In this document: positions 1 through 13,300 of the stretch, in pieces
How the letters are laid out: the number at the start of each line of letters is the position of its first letter
Position numbering within the stretch: position 1 is the first letter of the stretch
NCBI GenBank assembly: GCA_965655095.1
Contig: OZ296651.1
Span: 47,926,001-47,990,000, forward strand
DNA from: Haplodiscus bocki
Lineage: Eukaryota
Direction: 5' to 3'
Length of the DNA stretch: 64,000 bases
Position numbers and translations under genes: made by a program
Notes under the pieces: model-generated
Database searches by the model: none
What the model saw: only the letters and a program-made list of their open reading frames with translations
What the model was told of the DNA's origin: nothing

Positions 1-2429
1 TTTTAAAGAAGGCCATTATAATACAAAGTTGATATCCTCATAGGCTAGTATTGAATATGTTTCTGTTTTGGTAAAACCTATTGGTAACTCCATCTCTTTT
101 ACGGATAATGTTAATCCTTTTGTCAAGCTAAGTTTCAAGGATAATACCGAAGGAGTTAGGCAACCAATCTTGAAACTCAAAGTAATGTTTAACATCACCT
201 AACGCAAACAAGATTTAAAAATGCTTCTACTACTACAAAAGATATTATTTTTAAAAAACAAAGTTTGTTTTCAGAAAATTGAAAAAAATAAGAGTTTGAC
301 TTTTGAGCTTCAACAATTTTTATTTCACTCCTCATATCCATATTTCCCTTTTGCTAGATCAAAGCCCTACTCTTGATAAATGTCCTTTAAAATGTTTGTT
401 TGGAACACGAAATTTACATCCATAAAAACAAAGTTTAGAAATGTAATTTATACGATAACCCATGTGAATTTTTCCAATTGCATAGTGATCCAATGTAAGT
501 TTTGGTTTTCTTGCTTTCCATATTAACATAAGGAGGACAATAAACACAACAAAAATTTTTCCTTCTGGAGCTCTCTTAAGATTTACAGAAACATCTAATG
601 GTAAAATATGTTCTATCATAACGATAGCAACTTTCTTATAAATTTTTTATGTCGAACTGTTGACTTTATTCTTTGTTAATAAACTAATTCCAGTATAAGT
701 ATAACAATCAACTTTAGATTTCTATGTTCAAAGGATTTAAAAGCAATCATTCCAGGTGGCTGGTTTTTAATAGGTGTATTGGTCGTCAATTTTTTAATTA
801 GGAAGAATTTTTGAAGTACTGTGTGTTTGTATGTTTCTTACATTCACTATAGATTCAGCTTCTAAATCAGAAGAGTTTGACTGAAGTTCAAAATTAAGTT
901 TTACTAAACCATTTTCTTTTGGTTTAACATTGAAAAATGTAGAAATAAAAACTGATAACCGTTAAAAACCCAAAAAGATAAACCATAAGAAATGGGGTTT
1001 CCTGTTCAACAATGTAAAGATACAGAAATCACAAAAGTTTGAACAGTGCATATAACAGAAGTAACAACAAAAAAGAAGAGCTCTCAACTACCTTCTGTAA
1101 CCTCAAGCCATGTGAAAGGGGGAAAAGTGAAACACAGAACGACGTTTGTGAAGAGAATATTCAGCTTTTTTCTGGAAGTGAAGTAAAAAATGAAGCAATG
1201 ACTCTTACCTAAAAGACTGAAATTATAGAAAACAATCAAAACTATACCAAAAAATCCAAAGGAAAGAGACTTAAAAATAGAGAAAAGTTGAAATGAAACT
1301 TACAAAACAGAATCATGAATATGAAAAATAGCAAAAGTCCCAAAAACTGTAGCGGAGGAGCAATAAACAGATTGGAAGTAACCATTGAAGATGTGGATAA
1401 ATAAGGTGAACCTAAAAATTGGAAAAAAAATTAGCTGAGAAGGAAAAAAAATTCGAAACAAGGAACCTATTGAAGAAATGAGACAAAACAAAAGTAAGAG
1501 AATTATTTAACAAAAGAGATATCGTGATGAAGAGACTAAACTTAGCTCTCAAAAAACACAAACGAAAGGAATATTGGATTTTAAGCAGTAAAAGGGAAAA
1601 GTTGATGCAAAATAATATTTTGTTTTCAAATATAATCAAAGTTTCATTATACTCATCCAACTGTCGATTTACTTTTGTATATGTCTCCTATTTTGAAAGA
1701 GTTTTATAGGTTACAAAAAACTTTGTGAGAGTGATTTTTTTACAAAGTGTCTTGAAAACAAAAACTACAACAAAGTCCACTTAGTCAGCCAAAAACTACT
1801 ATAAAAACCGTAACTGAGCACTTGAAAGAACTATATAGAAAAACGTTTGTGGAAACTACCTTCAATGAATTCGAAAATTAAATGAATGTAAAGGATGTTA
1901 ATACTTCGAAAATAGAATTCGGAAACAATAGTGAATAGGCCAGCGATGCTAACCGTTGAGTAGGTGAATAAAAAGAAATTTCAATCAAGAATCTGGGCGA
2001 AGCCAACAGTTTACCAGGCGAACGTTTAGATATCGTTTTTCTAAATTTTTAATTGGAATATGATAATATAGAAGTTAGTTCTGTTATAGGTGCAACACAA
2101 ACACTTTATCATAAACATATAATTGATTAAAATGCTAATAAAGCTGAGGCATTGAAAGATTACTTCACTAATATCAATAAACGAAGAAGAGAAATCTATT
2201 CATCGCTTTGAAGACGTGACATGGATAATGTCAATGGTTTGCAAACCCTTGACACTGAAAATGGTTCAGCGAAAACCAAACGCAAATATGTTTGACAAAC
2301 AATCAGTAAACTTGTTGGGAAGGTTCCTCGATGGGCAAGTGGCTCAAACAGCCACCCAAATGTTCTCTAAGCGAACATAATAAAAACCTTACTGATTAAG
2401 TCTCTGATAAAAGATTCAGAGTTTTCAGT

Positions 2430-3450
2430 TGAAAGACGAATATTTATATCCTTATTTTGAGAAAACTGATACAATCATCAATTAAACAAAAACAAAGCCC
2501 CGGGAAACTTTAGATTTGAAACTAACAAAAACAGTGGATACTTTTTCAATGAGGATTCCGCTAGAACAACAAGTGGGCCAATGGATACTAAGTGTGATTA
2601 GTTTAGGAGTTTTTAATTCAGCTTTCTATTTCGCTAGGTAAGACAAAAGAGTTACGATTTACAAACAGAAGTATTGGGAAGATCTTGAAATTTTCAAAAA
2701 CAAAGTCAACTAAAAGAGCGTAGAAAGTTTTTTGGGATCAATTTAAGGGCAGAAGTAATTGAGAGAGGGTTAGAAATCAAAATTTGTTGAAAGAATTTTT
2801 TGATTTTAGACCTGCAGGACTATATTCTGAGACATTATCTGTTTAGGACTTTAAAAACTTTCGAACATTATGATCTAGAAGACGTGGTATTCAGAATCAG
2901 TTTAACATACTATGAAAGCGAAATTCTATTAGTCACAAAAAAAAGAAACTGAACGAAAATTTTAGTGGCTCCCGTATGTAATATTACAAGAAACTGAAAT
3001 TGAAAACACTTTTGAAAAAATGCACCTGGATGAAAAAATATGATAAATTGAAAATTGATATTACAAAGGAAAAGGAAATGGCTGAAAATGGTACTGAAGA
3101 TGAGTTTTTGAAATTTGACTTAAAGAACTTTTGAGGTTTACAAAGATTGGATTTGCAAAAAGACGTTAGACAAGTGATACATTTGTTATTATGGATGGAA
3201 TTGATAAAATTCAATGGAAATTTGATTAAGCTGGTGGAGGTATTCTGAATGAAACAAAAAAACCTTTTTTGCATAGTTTCACATTAGATAAACCTCTGCT
3301 CACAGGAAAAAAACCTGGATTTAAACTTCATAGGAAAAAACAGATCTGTTTTGAAAAAAACTCACTTTTTATATGGAAGAAAAAGAGGAACGTAGAGTTG
3401 ATTTCAAAATTGAACATTCAATTTTTACGAGAATATTGATAAAAGTAATA
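2430..3450 (+). pseudogene. Polinton minor capsid (penton)-like gene remnant, paralogue 1
   Basis: Manual translation gives KPRETLDLKLTK...QWILSVISLGVFNSAF near 2500-2630 and LTFYMEEKEERRVDFKIEHSIFT near 3360-3430. These resemble the N- and C-terminal motifs of Polinton minor capsid proteins. Many stops. Confidence 0.5.
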
Positions 3451-3539
3451 TAATTTGTTTTCTATCCATAATTAAAAATAACTATAATCTAATATCATAT
3501 AGACCAGAAAAAACTTTTTTAAAGATTTATTACTTTTGA

Positions 3540-4630
3540 TTGCAAAAACTAATAGAGTTATCGAACAGACCAAAACAATATCATAAGATACTTTTGAACC
3601 TAATTTAACAAAGTGAAGGTAGCCCTTTTCAATTGATATGCTTTTAGAACTTTAGAATGATTCTCGAAATCACGAAGACAGATGGATGCTAGGAAAAACT
3701 AGCTTAGAAATATATGTTTCGGTTTCGAGTAGAAGCAAAGAAAACAAAAACTTTGCCATTTATAAATTCAAAGAGAAGAACAATGATAAAGAAAAAATAC
3801 TTTTTTCTGTTGAAAATCTATAAACTGATGATGAATATTCAGGCCCAAAAGATTTAAGAGGTGAACCAACAGTATCATTTGTTCAAAATGAATAGAAAAA
3901 ATTAATAATAGAATTTAATTGAAAAAAATATGACATATAACAAAAGAACATAGCAAAAAGATATTATGACTAGTAATATTGCTAAGTTTTCAGTTCAAGA
4001 AAAAACTTCGAAGGAATAGGAACAATCCGTATTTAAAGATATCGAAAACATCTTAGAAGAATGAAAATAGTAGAAGATGTTGCTTTTTTTGAAAAAAAAT
4101 CCAAATCTGCTCTTGGTTTCTAAGAGATCCCGGCAGGGATACGTGACGTTGGTGATAATAATAACAAATTGGATTTTTAAAGAAAGGTGGATGTTTCGAT
4201 TGACATTATAACGTTGGAATCAGATTTAAAAGCAAATGGTAATTTCCGTTTCGCTGAGAAAATATTTTTCAATACGGTATTAGGACTTACACCACAGCAA
4301 GATCTTAAACCAATTATCGAAAACATTGATCAAAAAACTGAACAAACACAGCTGCAAGACGTCAAAGTCATAGAAAACAGAATTTTCTTGATGGTTCAAT
4401 CTCATATGGCAGTAGACAACCAATAAGTTTTAGTTTTGACTCAAACAAACCGCAAACCTCGTAGATTTGTTAAAATTTGTGAACCAGAAACAATAAATTG
4501 AAAAAAAAAAACAAAAAAAAAGTTTCGTTATGAATCCAATAGATTTTCAATTAGAAGGAGGTTATGACGCAGGAAGTTGAATTTACTCATAATAAAAAGA
4601 CTCTTACAAATTTTATTGAAAACAAAATTT
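3540..4630 (+). pseudogene. Polinton minor capsid (penton)-like gene remnant, paralogue 2
   Basis: Fragments WMLGKTSLEIY (~3680), EIPAGI (~4125), FRFAEKIFFNTVLGLTP (ORF 4187-4426) and KICEPETIN (~4475). Repeated at about 7945-9030 by the tandem duplication. Confidence 0.5.
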
Positions 4631-5659
4631 ATAATTGATTAATCAAAGAAATAAAGCCAAGTCTTATTTTGTCGGTGGTCACACTTACTCAGGTATAGTG
4701 AGCACTAATTCTGTTTTAACTGAAAAGGGTCTGAAATTAGAAGCAAGCGGATATCTTATTGGCAATAGAAATAAATCAGTGGTTGCTGTTGATGATGCTA
4801 TAAAAGCTGAAAAACGCGATCATAGTATCAAAACATTGACACCGTATTTGAAGAATCACTTTTAAAAAAAGCTAAAAATGTAATGAATAATCTTGGACGA
4901 GCATTAGAAGTAGGAGCGAAAATTTTTCGTTCAATGTATCTTGAAATCCGAAAGCAGCATTTTTTACTGACGCTGATGTAAAATGGTATCGTGATACAGG
5001 TACTTGATTATACTTTGGGTAATTAGTCTAGATATCGGAGTACTATTAGGCTGTATCAGTCTGCCCCAATAAACATGATTATCAAAGTCGAAGAAAACTT
5101 CAAAAAAGAAAGTAAATGATAAAGATAGTTTTGAAATTTCTCCTTGTTTTGTCAAGGAAAGGATCAACCACTTGAAAGATGAAATCCGTAAATAAAAGAA
5201 ATGAAAGATAGGGAATACGAATTGTTATCAACAACGACAATTATGTGGTAATTTTTGTATTTTTTGCTACAGGATTCACTTTTCTCACAGTATCTGTTAC
5301 AGGAATTGACTGGATATCCTTGTTACAATCAGCTGGAGTTGCTTGTTGATTAACAATCAGTTTGAAACTAATACATGAATTAGTTATGCAAAAGTATTTT
5401 GTACAGAAAATTATATTTTGACAGGGTAAAACAAATTTTGTCTCTTCCTACAATTTTTTATCGGAAGCTCTTGACAAGACAACGCGATTGACAGGAAAGA
5501 GTACGAACCCTTGTGTAATCTTTTTATTGAATGAGTCGATGAAAGTTAATTGACTTTTCTTCAAGAAAACGTATAGTTAAACGAACTAAGAGTCTCCACT
5601 CATTATAAGCTAGAGGCAGACAGTGACTACCGAGCCACACATGAAAGTCCGCGAAAAGT

Positions 5660-6493
5660 GAAACCAGATGTGGAAAGTAGATTTTCCAACATGGATTACA
5701 GGTTTGGAAATGTATTTTTTGGGAATATTGTAAAAAGATTTTAGAAGAAGTTAAATTTATGGAAAATTTGAAAAAAGATGCCCAAATAAAAAGTTAAAGG
5801 TCAATTTTCTGAAAAACCCCTCTGCAAAAAAGTTAAGTCCATTCATATTGAAGGCAAGCAAATCGGGGAGGCCAAGCGTTTGCTAAGAAAACGCAGCACT
5901 TCGAGTTGCCGCGGTCTTTCGAGCCACCATAATCAAACATTTTTTGTGAAACAATCTTTTTCTCGTAAAAGTTAACAAATACTGAAAAACTGGACGAACG
6001 CTTTTGATGGTTAGTTAATCATATTAAATAGTTTTCTGACCAAATTGAAGATGGTGGCAAAACCAACAATTTGCTACGCCAACGTGTTGGTATGACATAT
6101 GAAGTTTAAGGTTTTAGACATTGGTGGAAACAGAGGAATTATGGTAATTTTTAATAAAATGTTAAATTCTAAGATAAAAGTAAATGATACAAATTTAACA
6201 GCAAGACATCAAAACATTTAGATGTTTTCTGTTCAGCTTGAAGCTATTTTGTTATACCACGAAGATTGATGAGGAAAATAAGTAATTTGACCAAAACTTT
6301 TGAGCAAACCTTAAGAGATGTGAAAAAAATTAGAAGAGACTTTGCTGGTTTTGATCTCTGTTATCACGATGTTAAGGACTTTTCAAGAAAACGTAGAAAA
6401 ATGAGGATTATCTTCGTTTTTAATATGATTGATTTGAAAAGAGAAGCGAAAGTAAAATATGTGTTTACCATGAAGGCAAGAAAACAGTTATAG
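5660..6493 (+). pseudogene. A32/FtsK-like packaging ATPase remnant (Polinton type)
   Basis: Degenerate Walker B region GIMVIFNKMLNS (~6135-6170), ARHQNI (the GRH motif, ~6200), and C-terminal NLTKTFEQTLRDVKKIRRDFAGFDLCYHDVKDFSRK (ORF 6266-6493). Walker A is not recognisable. Confidence 0.55.
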
Positions 6494-7072
6494 AGTGTTT
6501 ACAAGAGAAGACATAGGGTTTTCCACTCATCGTTCTTGTTTATATCTTTCAGTTCTTTCAGACGTGTAACTTCCATACCAATTCTCACCTAAACTTTTGA
6601 ATTCGTTTAAGGACAAATGTAGTCTTTTCGATCCGACCAACCACAAACAAAGTTTTTTAATGACTTACACTCACAAGGAATAAGAACTTCCAGGCATTCT
6701 GTGGAAAACGATACAAATATTTTTTTTTGAATTCTGGACAAAATGGAAAGCATTATGTATTTTGTTTCTTTTTCCTGGTTTCTTTTAAATATAATTCTAC
6801 TAAATCAACATTTTTAACATCATCTGGTTTTGTGGCAAATATGGTTTGAAAAGTTGTTTCAGTCGAATTCACTCGCTAATTATGGTAGGGGCTGCGTCAT
6901 AGATCAACCATGTTTAAAATTGGCATCAGAGTTATAAATTTCACATTTTTCTTTACAATTAACATACTTAGGCCCATGTACACTTGATATTTCTCCTCGT
7001 CATTCACTTTCATACAAAATTTTCAGATTTTGGTTGTGGATGCAATCTACCATTTGTTTTCTTGGGTATTGG

Positions 7073-10000
7073 GAAGTATTGGGAAGATCTTGAAAGTTTC
7101 AAAAACAAAGTCAACTAATAGAGCGTAGAAAGTTTTTTGGGATCAATTTAAGTGCAGAAGTAATTGAGAGAGGATTAGAAATCAAAATTTGTTGAAAGAA
7201 TTTTTTGATTTTAGACCTGCAGGACTATATTCTGAGACATTATCTGTTTAGGACTTTAAAAACTTTCGAACATTATGATCTAGAAGACGTGGTATTCAGA
7301 ATCAGTTTAACATACTATGAAAGCGAAATTCTATTAGTCACAAAAAAAAGAAACTGAACGAAAATTTTAGTGGCTCCCGTATGTAATATTACAAGAAACT
7401 GAAATTGAAAACACTTTTGAAAAAATGCACCTGGATGAAAAAATATGATAAATTGAAAATTGATATTACAAAGGAAAAGGAAATGGCTGAAAATGGTACT
7501 GAAGATGAGTTTTTGAAATTTGACTTAAAGAACTTTTGAGGTTTACAAAGATTGGATTTGCAAAAAGACGTTAGACAAGTGATACATTTGTTATTATGGA
7601 TGGAATTGATAAAATTCAATGGAAATTTGATTAAGCTGGTGGAGGTATTCTGAATGAAACAAAAAAACCTTTTTTGCATAGTTTCACATTAGATAAACCT
7701 CTGCTCACAGGAAAAAAACCTGGATTTAAACTTCATAGGAAAAAACAGATCTGTTTTGAAAAAAACTCACTTTTTACATGGAAGAAAAAGAGAAACGTAG
7801 AGTTGATTTCAAAATTGAACATTCAATTTTTACGAGAATATTGATAAAAGTAATATAATTTGTTTTCTATCTATAATTAAAAATAACTATAAGTCTAATA
7901 TCATATAGACCAGAAAAAACTTTTTTAAAGATTTATTACTTTTGATTGCAAAAACTAATAGAGTTATCGAACAGACCAAAACAATATCATAAGATACTTT
8001 TGAACCTAATTTAACAAAGTGAAGGTAGCCCTTTTCAATTGATATGCTTTTAGAACTTTAGAATGATTCTCGAAATCACGAAGACAGATGGATGCTAGGA
8101 AAAACTAGCTTAGAAATATATGTTTCGGTTTCGAGTAGAAGCAAAGAAAACAAAAACTTTGCCATTTATAAATTCGAAGAGAAGAACAATGATAAAGAAA
8201 AAATACTTTTTTCTGTTGAAAATCTATAAACTGATGATGAATATTCAGGCCCAAAAGATTTAAGAGGTGAACCAACAGTATCATTTGTTCAAAATGAATA
8301 GAAAAATTTAATAATAGAATTTAATTGAAAAAAATATGACATATAACAAAAGAACATAGCAAAAAGATATTATGACTAGTAATATTGCTAAGTTTTCAGT
8401 TCAAGAAAAAACTTCGAAGGAATAGGAACAATCCGTATTTAAAGATATCGAAAACATCTTAGAAGAATGAAAATAGTAGAAGATGTTGCTTTTTTTGAAA
8501 AAAAATCCAAATCTGCTCTTGGTTTCTAAGAGATCCCGGCAGGGATACGTGACGTTGGTGATAATAATAACAAATTGGATTTTTAAAGAAAGGTGGATGT
8601 TTCGATTGACATTATAACGTTGGAATCAGATTTAAAAGCAAATGGTAATTTCCGTTTCGCTGAGAAAATATTTTTCAATACGGTATTAGGACTTACACCA
8701 CAGCAAGATCTTAAACCAATTATCGAAAACATTGATCAAAAAACTGAACAAACACAGCTGCAAGACGTCAAAGTCATAGAAAACAGAATTTTCTTGATGG
8801 TTCAATCTCATATGGCAGTAGACAACCAATAAGTTTTAGTTTTGACTCAAACAAACCGCAAACCTCGTAGATTTGTTAAAATTTGTGAACCAGAAACAAT
8901 AAATTGAAAAAAAAAAAAAAGTTTCGTTATGAATCCAATAGATTTTCAATTAGAAGGAGGTTATGACGCAGGAAGTTGACTTTACTCATAATAAAAAGAC
9001 TCTTACAAATTTTATTGAAAACAAAATTTATAATTGATTAATCAAAGAAATAAAGCCAAGTCTTATTTTGTCGGTGGTCACACTTACTCAGGTATAGTGA
9101 GCACTAATTCTGATTTAACTGAAAAGGGTCTGAAATTAGAAGCAAGCGGATATCTTATTGGCAATAGAAATAAATCAGTGGTTGCTGTTGATGATGCTAT
9201 AAAAGCTGAAAAACGCGATCATAGTATCAAAACATTGGCACCGTATTTGAAGAATCACTTTTAGAAATAGCTAAAAAATGTAATGAATAATCTTGGACGA
9301 GCATTAGAAGTAGGAGCGAAAATTTTTCGTTCAATGTATCTTGAAATCCGAAAGCAGCATTTTTTACTGACGCTGATGTAAAATGGTATCGTGATACAGG
9401 TACTTGATTATACTTTGGGTAATTAGTCTAGATATCGGAGTACTATTAGGCTGTATCAGTCTGCCCCAATAAACATGATTATCAAAGTCGAAGAAAACTT
9501 CAAAAAAGAAAGTAAATGATAAAGATAGTTTTGAAATTTCTCCTTGTTTTGTCAAGGAAAGGATCAACCACTTGAAAGATGAAAACCGTAAATAAAAGAA
9601 ATGAAAGATAGGGAATACGAATTGTTATCAACAACGACAATTATGTGGTAATTTTTGTATTTTTTGCTACAGGATTCACTTTTCTCACAGTATCTGTTAC
9701 AGGAATTGACTGGATATCCTTGTTACAATCAGCTGGAGTTGCTTGTTGATTAACAATCAGTTTGAAACTAATACATGAATTAGTTATGCAAAAGTATTTT
9801 GTACAGAAAATTATATTTTGACAGGGTAAAACAAATTTTGTCTCTTCCTACAATTTTTTATCGGAAGCTCTTGACAAGACAACGCGATTGACAGGAAAGA
9901 GTACGAACCCTTGTGTAATCTTTTTATTGAATGAGTCGATGAAAGTTAATTGACTTTTCTTCAAGAAAACGTATAGTTAAACGAACTAAGAGTCTCCACT

Positions 10001-11463
10001 CATTATAAGCTAGAGGCAGACAGTGACTACCGAGCCACACATGAAAGTCCGCGAAAAGTGAAACCAGATGTGGAAAGTAGATTTTCCAACATGGATTACA
10101 GGTTTGGAAATGTATTTTTTGGGAATATTGTAAAAAGATTTTAGAAGAAGTTAAATTTATGGAAAATTTGAAAAAAGATGCCCAAATAAAAAGTTAAAGG
10201 TCAATTTTCTGAAAAACCCCTCTGCAAAAAAGTTAAGTCCATTCATATTGAAGGCAAGCAAATCGGGGAGGCCAAGCGTTTGCTAAGAAAACGCAGCACT
10301 TCGAGTTGCCGCGGTCTTTCGAGCCACCATAATCAAACATTTTTTGTGAAACAATCTTTTTCTCGTAAAAGTTAACAAATACTGAAAAACTGGACGAACG
10401 CTTTTGATGGTTAGTTAATCATATTAAAAACTTTTCTGACCAAATTGAAGATGGTGGCAAAACCAACAATTTGCTACGCCAACGTGTTGGTATGACATAT
10501 GAAGTTTAAGGTTTTAGACATTGGTGGAAACAGAGGAATTATGGTAATTTTTAATAAAATGTTAAATTCTAAGATAAAAGTAAATGATACAAATTTAACA
10601 GCAAGACATCAAAACATTTAGATGTTTTCTGTTCAGCTTGAAGCTATTTTGTTATACCACGAAGATTGATGAGGAAAATAAGTAATTTGACCAAAACTTT
10701 TGAGCAAACCTTAAGAGATGTGAAAAAAATTAGAAGAGACTTTGCTGGTTTTGATCTCTGTTATCACGATGTTAAGGACTTTTCAAGAAAACGTAGAAAA
10801 ATGAGGATTATCTTCGTTTTTAATATGATTGATTTGAAAAGAGAAGCGAAAGTAAAATATGTGTTTACCATGAAGGCAAGAAAACAGTTATAGAGTGTTT
10901 ACAAGAGAAGACATAGGGTTTTCCACTCATCGTTCTTGTTTATATCTTTCAGTTCTTTCAGACGTGTAACTTCCATACCAATTCTCACCTAAACTTTTGA
11001 ATTCGTTTAAGGACAAATGTAGTCTTTTCGATCCGACCAACCACAAACAAAGTTTTTTAATGACTTACACTCACAAGGAATAAGAACTTCCAGGCATTCT
11101 GTGGAAAACGATACAAATATTTTTTTTTGAATTCTGGACAAAATGGAAAGCATTATGTATTTTGTTTCTTTTTCCTGGTTTCTTTTAAATATAATTCTAC
11201 TAAATCAACATTTTAAACATCATCTGGTTTTGTGGCAAATATGGTTTGAAAAGTTGTTTCAGTCGAATTCACTCGCTAATTATGGTAGGGGCTGCGTCAT
11301 AGATCAACCATGTTTAAAATTGGCATCAGAGTTATAAATTTCACATTTTTCTTTACAATTAACATACTTAGGCCCATGTACACTTGATATTTCTCCTCGT
11401 CATTCACTTTCATACAAAATTTTCAGATCTTGGTTGTGGATGCAATCTACCATTTGTTTTCTT
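7073..11463 (+). repeat. 4.4-kb direct tandem duplication, copy 2
   Basis: Near-identical to 2668-7063. Joined to it by a 9-nt insert (7064-7072, GGGTATTGG). Confidence 0.97.
10060..10893 (+). pseudogene. Second copy of the packaging ATPase remnant (tandem duplication)
   Basis: Near-identical to 5660-6493; ORF 10666-10893 is identical to ORF 6266-6493. Confidence 0.55.
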
Positions 11464-13300
11464 TTCTAATTTACCCTAATAAGTATACCCAAGTGAAGGG
11501 ACAGAAGCAAAAGAATTGAGTCATATGTTTCAAAAGAGTCGGTATTAACTTTTTACATGACATCTGCTTAAAACATCTATCTGTTTTACAATAAAGCATT
11601 GAAAGATCTTTCCCTGTCTTGAAAACAAAATCTTCTATAGGTTTACTTTTACTAGTTATATCTTCAAGACTTGCTACTTCTCCTCCTAATTTCAAAGAAA
11701 TTTTTTCAATTTTGATGTCTGTTAAAGTTTTTGAGTAATATCTAAGCTTTTTTAAGTGCTCATAAGGTTGAGTTTTTTCGTAGTAAAAGTTTCCCATTGA
11801 TCTCCAAATATTTTTTGATGAGATTCGGGTTTGTTGTAGGTCTTCTCATTTTTACCAAGTGTTTGAACCTTTATATCAAAATTCAAGTTAATTTACCTCG
11901 AAAAGTCGATGATTCTTAAGCAACCATAACTGACGGAAATAAACTTTTCATCAGTTTTAAGATGAAATTAACAGGTACAGGAAGAACTTTCCATTTAACG
12001 TTTCTATGAAAAAACTGTCAGTCATCATTAGTCACAAATTGCAGAGCTTTGGGTAAAAAAGATGAACATGAATGTTTGCAATTAAATATATTGTTTTTCT
12101 TCTGCTCCACGATATTTTGAAACAATTGACTCAGATCTTTATTTCTATTTCTTCTTCTTATTCGAAAAATGGTTGTCATAAAAAGGCACATTTTTGAGTT
12201 TCTTTCCTTTTGCTTTTTTAGTTTCAATTTTTCCAGGGGGATTCTTTCTTCTCCCTGAAAAAAATGTGCGACAAATCTCCAGAAGCACTGAACTTTCAAA
12301 TAAATTTTTACGCAAGTTTTATCAATGCTCTCAAATAAAAATGGTTAACCTAATTCACCCGTCATGTAAAAAGTAGCAACAAGAGGGTTTTCTTTCTAAT
12401 TGTTTTTTTCCTCTTCCTTTCAAATTGTTGTTTTCTTTGTTCATTGCTTCAAACTTTGCAATTTAAAAGTCAAATGACTTTCCGCAAAGAATATTTCAAA
12501 CCTAACAGATATTTCTTTGGAAAGTTTCAAAATATATGATCCCAGCTCGAAACAAAATTTCTGGTGATTTTTCAGTTCTTTATCAGTCTTTCTACTAGTG
12601 GAGAAAGTTTTTAGTATAATAGTATAAAGACTAGGTCTTATGTAGGTAAAAAAAATTTACAGTGAATATTATTGGCTTGAATGTAAAAAGTAGTTTATCA
12701 CTCTTTTCGCATCCTTTGGTACTTTCCTTTGAAACTGCAAAAAAGTAAAAACATAGATAGACAAGTTCGTTTTTCTTCTAACTTAGAAATTTTGGAAATA
12801 GGTTACTTCTTTTTTTTTCTAGTTTGGGGATCTGTTCTACAAAGATATCATTTTCTGAAAAAATACCACTTGTTATTACTTTTAGCAAACGTTTTTTACA
12901 ACTTTTGTTCTAAATGGATTCACTAATGTAGGGTGTAAACGCGCCAGAAAGTCCAGATTCCCCCCATTTTCTTCTTTTTGTGGATGTATACAATTGATAA
13001 ATTTTCAATAGGAAGCTTAACGAACACACTACCAACTTTGGTCGCATTTTTGTAAAGATCAATATTCATACTAGCAGTTCGATCACACACCTTACCTGAT
13101 TCCTCTAATAAGAGGTCTTGAACAAGTTTTCTTTTATTCTGATGGGATATTTACTTCACTTAAGTCTTGTAGTGCAGTTCTATGCCTAAACCCTATTTTA
13201 TTGAAAACATCATCTACGAAAACGTTTATTTGTCAGAACTAGCATCATAAAGGTCCCTAACAAAAAGAGCAAAAAAACACTTGAAATCTGAAAAAAGTTC
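10930..13300 (-). pseudogene. Protein-primed family B DNA polymerase (Polinton pPolB) remnant
   Basis: Minus-strand fragments in the expected order: LLLEESGKVCDR..MNIDLYK...GSVFVKLP...LARLHP (~12930-13120), KTDEKFISVSYGCLRIIDF (~11905-11960), QPYEHL...FKTGKDLSMLYCKTD (ORF 11471-11797), RGEISSVHGPKY (~11365-11400) and SDANFKHG*SMTQPLP (motif A, ~11285-11335). The 3' part is duplicated at about 6520-7063. Confidence 0.8.

Larger units (their letters stand above)
2668..7063 (+). repeat. 4.4-kb direct tandem duplication, copy 1
   Basis: Starts GAAGTATTGGGAAGATCTTG and ends CATTTGTTTTCTT. The sequence recurs at an offset of about 4,400-4,405 bp with very few differences, and ORFs pair up (2984/7389, 4187/8593, 6266/10666). 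Confidence 0.97.
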
